Origin: Phoronis australis
Taxonomy: Eukaryota; Animalia; Phoronida
Length of the DNA stretch: 64,000 bases
NCBI GenBank assembly: GCA_002633005.1
Contig: NMRA01000003.1
Coordinates: 2,040,727 to 2,104,726, forward strand
Reading direction: 5' to 3'
This document shows positions 37,843 through 51,574 of this stretch, piece by piece. A program made the translations under genes and the position numbers. Under the pieces are notes generated by a model that did no database searches, had not been told where the DNA came from, and worked only from the letters and a program-made list of their open reading frames with translations. Each line of letters begins with the position of its first letter. Position 1 is the stretch's first letter.

Positions 37843-38849
37843 ACATCAACTTGCTCTCTTTTATTTTCCCCGGAAATGTGCACTTGTGCACTATTCCCTC
37901 TTTTAGCTACTTTTCATGACCTTATCGCACTGGGCTGGGACTCTGAAAATACCAGTTAGATTACAAAATTACACGCATGCAATACTTTGTTTTTAAAAAT
38001 CAAGAAACTTACACGTACAAGGCAACAAACTGTGTTGCTATTACCATGCAGCCATTTTAATTATGAAGACTTGACAGGAACAATTCACAATTCACTGAAG
38101 ACTGATTTTCTAGGGGTGTTTGATGCTTCCTTTAACTTTATTGACGAGCATGGCCATTGCTCAGTTTGCCTGCTAGTGAATTGATCCATCTCTAAACCGC
38201 ATATATCATCTCTCATCAGTTTTTCACAAATCTGTGCAAACTATTCCGTCTGTGACAGAAATTATTAAAAAAAAAACCTAGTCAAATTCCTAACGATAAC
38301 ATCAAATACCACCTCAGAACAGAGGAAGTGCTTTACCACAATCTTGGTTTATAACGTCCGAATTCTTACAATCTTCCATTCCATAAGTATTTTTACTTAT
38401 GCATAACACCTTTGTTCAATCTAAAATTCCAAAATCATTTTGACATCAAAAGTACACACCTGTCAAGGTTACCTCTCAGGGCGATTAAAGTTGGAAACTC
38501 AAAAACAAGGGTGCGGAGTTGGTAACCGGAGCATGGGTGCTTAAAACGAAATCGTCGGGGGGTGGGGGTTTACCTGCATGTTTGATCTGGTTAAAGGTCC
38601 AGGGAGCTTCATTGACATCAAATTTCATGAGTACACAAGAGCCAAGTAAAACATTGATGAATTGTGGTCAACGCAGCAAGGAGCTCAACACAGAGAATGG
38701 AACGATTACGCACAGTAGTTCGGCAGTAGAGCGACCTAGCTTTTTACGCAGAGTATCTTCAAATTTTCCTATGCAAACAAACGTGCTACTTATGAGAATG
38801 TGAATGAGCCAAAAGAACCACTACATGTCTCCTTCAAGAAACATGATCA

Positions 38850-39052
38850 TACGGTACTTTTCTTAACCTTAAAAATTAGGTAAGGTTCTGCTCACAGGTA
38901 AGTAAGTTGCGTACTTTTTGAGACCTAAGTTTCTGATGAGAGGGACATTTACAAAGACACGAGTACTGAGCCAAGCATGGGCTCTTAAAAGTTAAAATTT
39001 GAAAATTTCGAGGGTAAGCTGAGCATGGGCGTGAACCCGGATGAATACAGTA
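38850..39052. mobile_element. Probable Tc1/mariner-type MITE
   Basis: TACGGTACTTTTC ... GATGAATACAGTA imperfect inverted termini with TA ends. Confidence 0.4.
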
Positions 39053-40259
39053 TCGTTATTAGAATTATCAACAGAAACAGATTTCCTAGTTACACCATCA
39101 AGGAGTAAAGCTGGCAAAGTAAGGAAAACCAAACTGAACCCGTTTTTTAAAACTGATAAATTTAATTCCAGAGAAACACTTTGTTAAACCTGACATTAAA
39201 TGACTATTCTCGACATGAGCGGGAGGCCAACGTGATGACTGTAAGCAGTTCACATAACAAACATTCCACTCTTAATCTATAAACCAACAAAAGTTTTGCA
39301 CAACACAACCCTTTCACCAAACTATGATAAGTCATACAGAAGACTGAGGTGGAGGAAGACAAAACACAGAGTTTGAGAAAGTGGATATGAAAAGGCCATC
39401 AAGCATTCAGCGACAGATAAATATACAATCCATCTTACTCAAGTAGTAATGGCCATGAACATCTTAGAAGAGAGAAAAAACAGACATAACTGGGAAATAA
39501 ATACACTTGGTCAATTGTCTATGCCACATTAGACAATGACTTATTTCGCCATGACGGACTACTTGACTATAGAAATCAAAAGAAGTTTTCACTGTTCATA
39601 ACAACATGCTTCATTTCCCTCAGATAAGTGTATAAACAATGCGGTTGTTTGCTGAAATGACTCGAGGCTATTTCAAAGAAGCTAATTCAGAAAAACAGTT
39701 AAAGTTGCTGGAGCCGAATTTGGCGAATATGATGGACGAAATTTAAATTAATCCAACTTTTGTATTGTGCATCAAAATATTTGATCAATTCACAAAAAAT
39801 CCTGAAAACCATGTGTCCCTGCATTCTGAAATAATAATCATGGGAAATTTTAATTGGTGTCCACAGAAGTCTGAAACATTGCCAACTACCAAAATGTCTT
39901 TGTGGAAAAATTCAAAACGTGAAAACTCAATACCATGCAGTTCAAAACCAATCAAAAACTAAACAAGGATTCAGCAACTTCGAGACTTCACAACTGAAAT
40001 AAACCATACAGAAAAAGAAACTGAAACTAAAAAGGGAATGTGAGGAGTTTTTATGCTCTGTAATCACTCAGAAACGGGACTAGTGAATAATGCAATAATG
40101 AGAAGTAAAGGAATGAACCAATTCACAGTTTTAGTTACTGAAATGTTAATATCTACATTTAATACTTATTCATTTAAAACTTGTTTAAGTAAGATGTAAT
40201 GTGTTCACATTAAGCTGACGACCACGCTTTGACAATTTGCAAGTGTGGCAGTTTGTTGC

Positions 40260-40450
40260 ATGTTTGTCATGTAATGTGTCATATTTTTACACGTTTGAAC
40301 ACTAGAGTGTCAGTTTTACACGGTCGCCACGTTTTACACGCTAGCGTGGCACTTTTCTACGCGGATTACTAATTTTTACATGGATTACACATTTTTGCCA
40401 CGTTTTACAGGCTTTGAGCATGTAATCCGTGTAAAACTTTCACCCAGGTT
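40260..40450. repeat. Subterminal motif array (TTTTACACG repeats), probably a DNA transposon end
   Basis: Repeated TTTTACAC(G)/GGATTAC motifs, with inverted GTAATCCGTGTAAAA near CACCCAGG. Confidence 0.5.
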
Positions 40451-43400
40451 AATTACCAATAGCCTCTTTTCTGGTTTAAATACTAATAGACCTAAATCAA
40501 AACATTATGAAATACTAGCCAAGTTGGTCAAAGTTTCCTTAACCAAACAGTAGTTTACATACTCAAGATCAGCTACATTAACACCAACTTCAATAACAGA
40601 TACCTTCTTCAACTTTGTCCACAAATAACAAACCAAAGCAGCACAGCTAACAGGCCCCTGCAGAATTAACACAGTTTGCAACACTTGCCATCAGTTTGTA
40701 TTCAAGGAGATTTACCTATAATGCTGCACACTGGCTGCAACTTTGTGGCTGCCGAGGTGGTTACAGTATTATCTTTTACTTCAAAATTATTGTACCGTCA
40801 CCGCTGTTATGGCAGCAATGGTTTACTTGTACATATACCAAAACACTAGTAAACGTAAAGCTGCATTTCGCCTTGCCAAGCTGGATACAAAACGAAAATC
40901 TTTCGGTCGCATTAAATCCATCTCGTAACCATGATGAGGTTCTATACAACAAGAACATTGAAACCATAAAGAAATAGTGACATGCATTCAAGAGAAAATC
41001 GTACACAAATAAGTTGAAATTAAAGAAAAAATGTCCTTAGATATCCTTAGTGTTATTTTACCTGTAATGCTCGTTTCTCTCTAGAAGGGCTGACAGTGTT
41101 CAAAGGTGCCAGTCCGAAATACTGAATTTTGAGAATCGCTCATGGTCCATAGTTCGAAGAGTCACCGATCCTAAGGGCCGAATCTGGTAAAAGTATACCA
41201 AGGTGATCAGAATAAGGTAGTACTGTAGTTACAATATCGCCACCTCGTGAACTTTGTTTTTCATCTAGAGTAATGAATTTTGTTAGTTCCAAAAATCCAA
41301 CTAAGAATATGCCTAATTTAACTGTGAAACACTAAAACTCAAATGTGAATAACAGCCAGTGCTCATGGCATAAATGTAGGGTAATTTAGTAAAACATAAC
41401 ATTGTACAGGACACAGAGTGTGCATTTTAAAAATCTTAGTAACATCACTTCCAAAGAAACTGTCATTCTGAACTTAGCAGTTCACATTTTATTGGTATTT
41501 CAGTGATCCCGCCTTTTTCTGCAAGATTAAATATCCATTGGTGACCAGTCAGGCGTTCTGATGATGGAAATAGCAAGCTTCAACTCAACGCCAGTCAAGA
41601 AATTCCCACAGGCAAGAAAATGGTATATAAATAAGTGAGAAGATTCGCTACGTTTCGGATAATGCGACCTCTGGAATATTACATGCTAGTGAAAATTCAT
41701 TTCAGACTATCAGCCTTTCAGACTAATGGCTATTTGGACCCTTTTACTTGCATGTGCAAATGCTGAACATGTCTTCCAAATGCTTAGCTGGGTGTCCAAA
41801 TGTTGATATAGGGTGTACAAATGCTGGACAGGATGTTCAAATGCTGACCAGGGCATCCTCGCTAGAAGTGTCTCAATTCGAGTCAGTGCTCTGGTTGGCC
41901 ACTAGATGAAGACCTGCCAACAATGTGAGTGGACAGGCAGGTTGAAATTTTCAATTGGGAACCAGCGCACCCTGTGGCTGCAACCTCAACGCATAAATCT
42001 CAAGTATCTGGTTAAGCATTTGAGCAAGCCATTACAAGTGTGGTAAAAATCCTAAGAACCTCCATGACTGAATTGCATGAGCAATAAGAAAGCAAGCGGA
42101 ATCCATCAATCAGCCAGGCTTGCTGGCATTATAGGACTATCCAGTTGACTGGCCTGTCAAATTTATTAGACTCTTAACTTCTTTGATGTTAGCCGCCCTG
42201 TTTAGATTAGGGGCCTTGTTAAATCAGTAAAAGGCAGGCTGGTTAATCAGCCTGTCAGTTGTTGATAGATGATATCTGGTTGTGTGCCTACATGTCTGGC
42301 CTGTCAAGTTGAATGTATTTACCAGGACCAGTTCATGTGCTGATGTGTTTTAAGTCTCTACTGCAGATGTCACTCAAAATTAAGCTTGATCAAACCAGAG
42401 CCAAAACAGGCCATGACTGAGGAACAGGCAGACCTGTACAGGATCAAAATGAATTATATGCCACAGACTGAGGCATTGGAACTAAACAGCACAACATAGG
42501 GAAAAATCATCCAGACACAAAAAAGAAAGTGAGTTTTTTTAGAATAAATTGAATACAGCTCAAAAATAGTTAAGCCAGACAATTTGACACACACAAATAC
42601 TATGCTGCAAAAACACATCTCTCATCAACATTAAGTATAGATAAAGAAACTTTCCATTTATTTTAACATGCCACTTTTTGGTCCATATTCATCCACCAAA
42701 TTCAATAGTTCCTCTGAATCCACATCCTCATAGTTACAGCTGAGAGTTTTTACAGTCCCACTAGAATCTTATCTATTGAAATGACAGTCGTTGAAATGTG
42801 CATTCTGCTATTCCAAATCTACTGACCGCTGAAGACCAACAGCGCTCCAGCAAATATCAGGGGTGGAGATGACCGTGTCTCTACATTAAAGTTGCAATCC
42901 CCACTCCAGGACCTGACCACCAAACACCAAACCACTTTACAGATTCTGTACCAGAACCACTGAACTCTACACATGCATACACCAAAAATACGCCATATCC
43001 TGTGACTAAATTCTATACGTGGAAGCAAGCTCACAGTGCAGTACAGAGCTAGGAATGAGAATTTTTATGGTCAATAACAACACACAAAAGTATTATTTAA
43101 AGTCTCAAAAGATGAAGTAGCAATTTAAGGCCACGAATGCATAAGCTGCAAGTTTTGACAATAGTAGGGATCAATCTCCACCTTCAGTGAAAATACTAAA
43201 CAGCTATACAAACACAACATTACCTACATCAATCATTAAATGTCCAAGCCTGTCAATACAGGTCACATCAGCTGCTTAGTTCTTGTCTATTGCCCTAGGA
43301 CTGCTAATTTTCTTATTTGTCAAAATGACTACTCACAGGGTTGGTTACGTATGATTTGATTCCTGGAGTTAGCAAATTAACTTAATGTCAAGAGGAGGAT

Positions 43401-43664
43401 TAAGCGGTAATCTGACATAAAAATCCCAGTCTCAGCAGCAAGCAGGGTAAACTGGGTTAGAATCATTACCCATACTTCCCCATTAGGGCCATGTTACGTC
43501 ATGGTTTCTGCAACAGTCCCCACACAAAATTGGCTGGACACTGCAATCCACAGACAACACAGTCTTTATAAAAATATGTTAGTTTTTATGGCCTAATTTA
43601 CTCTACAGGCAAATGCTGCTACAAAAGGGTCCAACTAATGGCAAATGTCAGGTATAACCTCTAA

Positions 43665-44177
43665 AGACCCTTTCATACAAACATCCAGGTGTTGATGTTT
43701 TGGGAAGTTGCGATCAGTATGAACAGTTAACTTCGTTCCTGTGTTGAAGTAACAGTTCCAGTTAATTTCGCAGTAAACAGGTGAATTAAACAGCGAAGCG
43801 TCGATGCCACGGTGCAGTATGAATGGTTAACTTTGGTCCCATCGAAGTTATTACCATGGGCCACTGTTATCGTCGAAAACTAAAGGGCAGCATCGTTGAT
43901 GTAGTTGCTTATATTTTGCTTGAATAATCACCAATCGAATTAGAAACAAGTTTTATGTCAATTAGCAGGTATAAATGTTCTGAAATTGACACATTAAAAA
44001 AACCTTAGCCTGCACGTGATGCATCAAAGTTACCTTGTGATTATGACAGCATCACCTACTGTTTAATTCGATGATGTCCGTTAACTACCAAAGCCGGTAT
44101 GAATGGTTCAGTTAACTTAACAGTTTACGTTGACCCTCCTGGACTCAGACCAGAGTTACGTCAGTATGAAAAGGCCT
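43665..44177. mobile_element. PIF/Harbinger-like MITE
   Basis: TIRs AGACCCTTTCATAC / GTATGAAAAGGCCT; internal repeated CAGTATGAA.GGTTAACTT; locally CpG-richer. Confidence 0.6.
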
Positions 44178-47100
44178 ATATAGCACAACCTATACTTTAC
44201 TCCGATTAACTAAACCATAGTATAATCACTTCACGGTGTTAAGAGGTTCGGCAGTCACTTTTCAAGTTGTTTTCCCTCAGTCTGTATAAAACCTTTCATC
44301 CTCGTGATTGGTCTATATATTTGTATAGTACAACCATACGATCATTGATACTTCTGTGATAGCATTGACTAAAACAATGACTTCTATTACAAAGTGATGG
44401 TGCACAGCTAGTCAGGTAGCATCACTTTTCAATCCACAAAACATGTTGCCATTGGCCAGAGATCCGACCAATTACATGCTGCAGAAACCACAAAACCCTG
44501 ACCTCAGAAAAAACTTTAGTGAGCAGAACAATTGTCAGTCCTGCAGGAGAAACATACTACATACTGATCTGAAGTGCATTTAACATGAATAGCAACACTT
44601 CAGTGTTTAGGGGATTGTCGACCAGTGGGAACACTTGAAATTCTGTCTTAGATTCAAGTTAAAACTGTTACTTCGAAGTAAATAGGTGGTCAACGCCTCC
44701 CTAAAATTGGAATGCTTAATTTTGGCTGGGCAAAACTGGCGTTAAAAATTGGAAAACATTTTATTCACATCTTCACCATTCTACTTCTATAAGCATTTAC
44801 AGTCAGTTATTTTCTGAATATATACTCGACTCCTCATATTTTAACAATAGCAATGCAAAGTACTGATATGCGCCTACAGTGAGCATCGCATACAGAACAG
44901 ATATAAGGGTTGATTATTAAACATTCCCACAACAGGGAGCAATATTAGTAAACTTAATAGCCTCCAGGGGGCGCAAATCAAGTGGTCCAAAAATTGGTGA
45001 GACAATCTTCTAATTCATGGAAAAATATCTGCTGAAGAACAGACAAGTAGTTTGGTAGATACTTAGGGTGGAGTTAAAAAGTTGCAAATGCCAATAAAAG
45101 GCGAAGCAATAGTGGCATTTGTCTGAATACTAAAAGCCTACCATCTTAACTGTAATAGAAAATAGGTTCCAAATTTCACAAAGATCACACAAGTGGTAAG
45201 ACTGTAAGAGTTGCATGGATGCCAAACAACAAATTGCCACTAGGGGCACAGCGGCACTACACAGATTTCTCTGAATGTTGCTGGACTGGTGCTGTTGTTG
45301 ATAACCCAGTACAAACATACCTGCTAAGTTTCACAACTATTCTTTACAATTAGGTAGAAAAGCCACAGGAAACTCGGTATGTTGTCACCTGCGGCATCAC
45401 CTTACCAACAGCGCTGACCTAAGTTCCTTTTGTGCGGAGCAAGGCAGTTACAGCATTAGTGCAAACTTGAAGCATTGGCTGAAATAAATTGCCCTGAACA
45501 ATTTTAATTGTTTGGAATCTGAACTTGGAATTCCTCATGGAACGTAACGTTAGGCTTTTTTCCTTGAAGAAATATGATAATAATTGGCATAATGCTTTCC
45601 CTCAGTCCGTATAACCAGATTTTGCCCTTGGGTTCAGTCCATATGAACTCAAAAGTACATCAGATTGATGGTAATTCTCCAGACATTAAGACAATCACAA
45701 TGTCACGAAAAGCCAAAAGTGAAGAACCTGGTGCAATGACAAACAAACTATACTTGAGACTGTACTCTAAAATTGACCAGAATGTGAGGCACCCTTCAAG
45801 TAAACTTTGAAGTCTCACGAGAAGCAATGCGTTGATAATCAACAAAAGTCTAGACTAAAACTTGGTAGTCATGGACACTCAAATCTACAATTTGGAACCT
45901 GCCTTTAAGTCATAAAAAATTCAAGAAAAAATCATTAAGCACGCCTCTCAAACCTTATGGTTCTAAGCAACCATTAGTTTCAAAGTGGGCAATGCTCTGG
46001 ATCAAAGATGGTGATCACAGCCAATTCACATGTGTCAAAGAACTCACAAATCCCAGAGAAAAGTTCCTTTGAAGGTCACAGTTGGTCACTTTCCAGACCA
46101 GTGAGTGCTGTGACAAATGCACAGAAGGATCCCCTGGTCAAAACATGGAAGCAATTGAACAACTGCCTCAGCCAGTCACTCAAACTTCTTTTTTCTCCTG
46201 AAGTCAAACAGATTTTTTGTTATTTTACACACCAGGCTGGTTCACCTCCCATCAATATTTAATAGAAACAAGACAAGCCTAATTATTCTAAGAACTGTGG
46301 ACAAACATTCCCATATACTTTACAAAGAAAACATTGTTTGAAATAGTCTAACCCACATACCCAATGCATATTTACACAAAGAGGTTTGTTACTTACTAAA
46401 AACAACACAAAACGCACAGGCAGATTTAGAAGACTTCGTAGGGGGTACATGCTTATGGTGTTGTTCAAATCCACAAATGGGAGGTTTTGCTATTTTAACA
46501 TAGCTTTTTAATCTGGGAGGGCCCGGTCTTTGACCCACCTATGATGGGATATCAACTCAACAAAACTTGCAAATTGTCATCCAGAGTCACGTAGTGTCTT
46601 CAAAACTATTCATCTCACACTGTGTCCATTATAATTAACAGAAACTAGAAGACCTGCTCAAATCAAGCCACCTTATCCAACATAAAAAACCCTGCTTTGG
46701 TCACCTTTCCTTTGATGTGAAACTGACTACAAGTTTCTGCTATTATTGGAAACATTTTCTCAGCAGTCTGCCATCAGCTTTGAGCTCCTGGTCTGCCAGC
46801 CAATCTTACTTTACCAATAAACATTCAAGGTGGCCCACAGTGCTCCAATAAAAATCAAGCAGTTGGAAACCTGCATTAAATTAGAGCTGCCCATTAGTGG
46901 CCTCCTTCTACTGGGCAGAACAAAACATTAAAAAAACTCAGTCTATTACTCACAATATTGAATACAAATGCCAGAGAGATTACAGAGATACCTCCACAGT
47001 ATCTATTCAAAGTTTAATTCTAATAGTAACAAATTTACCTCAGAGGCATCTCTTTCCACTGGAATGTTGCTTGTCAATCACAAACGGTATGTTCCATAAT

Positions 47101-48495
47101 AATATTGCCCAGGGTGGTTGGATCTTGGGTGGTGGTACATTGATGGCAAACACATTGGCTGTAGGCCAGCTTCTACAGGACCATACTGACTGGAATAAAG
47201 AAAAAAATATGGCTCAAGAGTCAGATAAACAGCCATCAGCACACATTTCTGATAATCTGCGTCCATTGTGTTGATTATAACTTACTTAGTCATATTTTTA
47301 ACTGAAGAGCATTTTTTAATATAGCTGCCTGACGCAAACAGACCTCATTACCACATCACGCTTGTTAACAGTATGGATTACAATAGGCATTTACGGCGGA
47401 GCCGGGGGGGGCCTAATCGTGACAACATTCTCTCTCTGGCCATATCAGGCACAAGCAAACTATAAAAACTAAATATGAAATTGAAAATTGAACTTTCTCA
47501 TTGTTTGAACTGCAAAAACCGGGTAGCTAATACAGAAATAATGCAGATTATGTTCCTTTGCTGACATCCCCAAACTCTATCATGTAACCTGCCTCAACAA
47601 CACATTGGGAGACTCACTTGTGTACAACACCACTATGACAGTGTTATTAGTACCGGGGTCCAAAGAATGGAGGCGGAATTTGAATGGGGGAGCACATGAT
47701 CATGAAAAACAGTGCACACTGAAAACGAAGTTACAACAGGAGCTTAATAAGGCCTTTGATAAAATGGACTCCAGTCCCTTTAAGGTACAAATTGCCTTCA
47801 TTTCTAGTGTATCAAATGCTTATATCCGTGAGCGTGGAAATTAGGATAATAATATAGCCGTAAAAAGAGAGAACATAGTTATGGCACATTTTCCAGAACA
47901 GACCTTTGCACTGCCAACATTGTCCTATTTGAATAGCTACACTATGCCATTGGCAGCAAATTAATTTCTTTTTAAGAGACATAAATAACAATGTAAGAAG
48001 CCTAACAGAAAAACAAAACAATAAATCAATGATTATTTTTGTATGAATTTGGTAGTAATCTACTGTACGCTACTGGGTAAAGTTAACACATTTATATAGG
48101 TTTGTACAGGGCAATGAAAAACAAAAACAAGAGTACCAAGAACTAGAAGAATTTCAGGTTTGACTTAATTGTAATGAGTAGTTGCAGACAAAATGTCACT
48201 GTTCAATGCATTAAACTCTCATAAAATGTAAATAGCCAGTTCAACAGTGTGGGAACAGGTTTGCTTGCTTCCTGTCATCAATCTCCCACTCACTCTGCTC
48301 CAATTCTGCCTGAACGCTTGTCTTACTAGTTGGCAAACATTGTCTTAATGTTGAGAGGCAGTAATCAAAATGCTCCTGTTTTGTAATTTTCACAATACCT
48401 TTTTACACTACCAGTTTAAAAGTCACCAGGTGGTGTCATTGAGTAATTTCTTTCTGGAAAAGGTCCTGGAGCACTGGATTTTCATTAAATTTCAT

Positions 48496-48551
48496 GATAG
48501 ATATCACATGTGCAGTCCTGGCCATAGATATCACATGTGCAGTCCTGGCAT
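48496..48551. repeat. 27-bp tandem duplication
   Basis: ATAGATATCACATGTGCAGTCCTGGC twice. Confidence 0.9.
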
Positions 48552-50139
48552 TAAAAACTAGCAGGAAAAACAGATACTAAACAAGACAGAAAGTACATTG
48601 CGACAAGAAACCAGCAGAAACACCCGGGTATAACTTCAAGTATTTGAACTGACATCATAAAGGATGCAACAAACTACCGCAAAAATTCTTCTATTTCGGA
48701 CGGTATCTAGAATTTTGGACATAGACAGTTCTGCAAATATTTTAATTACCTTGATTCTGGAATTTGGCAAGGGTGATTTTGGTGTTTACCATATTTCTCA
48801 AATTTCGGACAACATGTTTTCGATCTACAGAGGGTAATTTTCCGTCTTTCTGAAGATGCTTGAATTCGGAACACCCAATATTGCCCATTTCTAGAAACTG
48901 GGACAAGCTCTGACCTTGAGCAAAATAATTAAATTTTCACTGTCCCAAATTGGAGAATTTTTACTGCAGCTCCCAACTGGGGGTGACTCAGTGACCGACA
49001 GCATCTCATACAAGATTATTTTTCGCTTAGGTTTGATGAACGTTTAATGAGATTCTTTTGATAAGTATGACTTCCCTTTAGCTAATCTGATTCAAACATA
49101 AAAAGAACTTTGTATCTAACTGGTTGACATTTTCCGGACATCTATCAAAATGACAAATGACTGTCAGAATCAGTCAGGCAGTACTGCTCAATTCTAATTG
49201 CAAAATCATTCATCAACTTTGTCAAACTTGAGCGGAAAATAGGTTTGTGCAATGAAAAAGGAACCTTCAAGCAATGAATCAAACGTAACGAATGATGTCA
49301 AAGTTATTTTGATGTAAGCGGACACACGTAACAACATCATCAAAGAAATGAAGTTGAGCTTATGAAAATCAAAAGTTATTAACTCAACTGGGCAAGACAG
49401 GGGAAAAGGCAATAGCTGAACAAATACGGAGAAATTTTCTTGTCAGGCAAAGTAATTTTGGACTACCAGGTATGCCCAAACAAGATAAAACCAAATTTAA
49501 TCCATAAAAACCAACATGAACTTCACATTTTAAAACATAATTGTTGTTATACACATACAAATGATGTCACATGTCAAAAGTAATGCCAGGTCCTGGTCAG
49601 CTCAGGTTCAGAGACCCAGATCGTTTGTTTTCTTAAGGACTGAGGTCACTAATGCAGAGAGTAGTTTGTTGAAAAACAAGACCTCTCATGACAGTTTCAA
49701 TTACTGTACTTTCACAACTAAAACTAATTCAAAATAGCTTAGTTGATTGTGAAAAACCTTAACAACATGGCAAGAGATTACCCAAAAAGTCTCTCAATGA
49801 AATTTAAAAAGTTGATGAACCATTTCCAAAAGAAATCATATCAGTCAGTAGTTAAACTAGAAGCAATCTGCTACTTAGATTTTGAATCACACTGAACTAA
49901 AAAGTTCATACAATTGCAGCCATAAACTCGCCTTCCATCACAATAAGCATTTATTGATTGCGAAATTAGTCTTAAATTTTTCCTCAAAGTGAAATTCGAG
50001 ATAATTTCAGGGCATTGAAAGACCTGACAGTTCATTGCTGTTTGAAACCAAGCTTCTACAAGTTGGTTTACGTGTCAAGATGGCCCACAAAATAACAAAT
50101 TGTTTATAGCAGCAGTTGGTTTAAAAGTTTGCTTCTTGA

Positions 50140-50580
50140 GTGCCATTCGCACACACACTCGACTTCCCTCACAAGTTACTCCAGGAACAAGTCCTCGCTA
50201 AGGTTTTAGGGCTGTGTGGACCTTATTTAAACTAGTGCAACTAATAGCCCACACCTTGTGACAACTTATTTCACCTTATGAGATAGGGTAACTTGTTCTA
50301 GGGTACCTTGCGCCACTTTTTAGTAATCGCTGTGTGGATGCAAACCTGGAACAAGGCGGAATTAATAATCCACTGCAGTTACGTACAAATGGGTCTTCTT
50401 TTGTGCACTGTACTGTTGTTCAATGTCACACTCAGAGTGACTTTACATCTACCGTGTACTAGTTATCAGAGGTGTGTGTAGACGCTCCACTTAAAGCGGG
50501 GCAAGTTGCACTAGTACAAGTTGTTCTAGGTTAAGTCTGTGCTTGGACAGGACTTTGGAGGGAACACAGGGGTTTATAGC
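50140..50580. mobile_element. Degenerate MITE-like element
   Basis: Inverted ACTAGTGCAACT (~50231) / AGTTGCACTAGT (~50504) and TTCCCTC / GAGGGAA subterminal motifs. Confidence 0.4.
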
Positions 50581-51574
50581 TGCTTGAACTTCAATAAAGT
50601 GACAAGTTCTCACAGTGAATAGCCTGCATAACAAGGCAATTGAATGTATCAGAATGAGACAGATGCGTGATTGATAGTGAAAGTGATACAAGGAACAAAA
50701 GAATCCTTGGAACCTACTTGGGTTAGAAGGAGGAGTGTTGTACCATGCACAGAGCTAAATAGGGAGGTTACAGGTTAACCAAGGTTTGGAATAGCCTGAT
50801 CACCACCCCCACCTAGTGAGGACCAGTGTTGACTTGAACATTAATTGTTAATGGAAACTACCACTAGCAGTAAGCTTGCAGAAAAGTAAATTGATCTTTA
50901 CCAAAGATGTGTTTTGTTTACAACTTTTCATTAAAATGCAGGTATGTCTATCTAGGTAGAACAGCCTTGGAAATTAGGTATTGCACCTCAGTTGCTGGTG
51001 ATAAAATTTACAAGGCTGAATGCATGAGTACATCCTCACCATATTCTTTATATGGGAACTTCACCTTTTAACCTTTCATTGAAACTAATCAAAAAGCACA
51101 AACTTGGCAAAAATTCTGCAAAATAATAAACACGCGGTATCTGTGGCCTACTTCAAGGAATTCCTTCATAACCAGAAATAGGTGACCATCTTGAAATCTG
51201 ATGCCAATTGAATCTTGTCAAAATTTTTAAAGAGTTAAAATCATCTCAAGACTTTTGTTTCAGTAAGCTATTTTTATTTTAAATTAGATAGGGGAACTAC
51301 TCACATAGATCAGACACTCTTCTCCCTGGCTTTTGTCCTAACCAAAAGACTCTATTCTTTGGCTTTGAAACAGACCCCATCAAAAAAGCTTTAAGGTTAC
51401 GTGTACCCCTATTTCACAAAAAAATCATCAAAACCATCAGCGCTAACTATGGAAAGTTCCAGACACAGTTTCTGAGTATTTTTATCAAATGGTTTACTAC
51501 AGAAAATTTGGTGAATGCTGGCGAAAGGACTTTTCCCCTATCAATGTTAACCTTTCAAAAAATGACAATTTTGA

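Noticed and set aside
38573-38768. Minus-strand exon-like segment (tag acceptor, gtaaac donor)
   Set aside because: All three frames hit stops and nothing is recognisable; similar candidates at ~36.6, 38.0-38.25, 53.8, 58.7 and 62.5 kb are also unsupported
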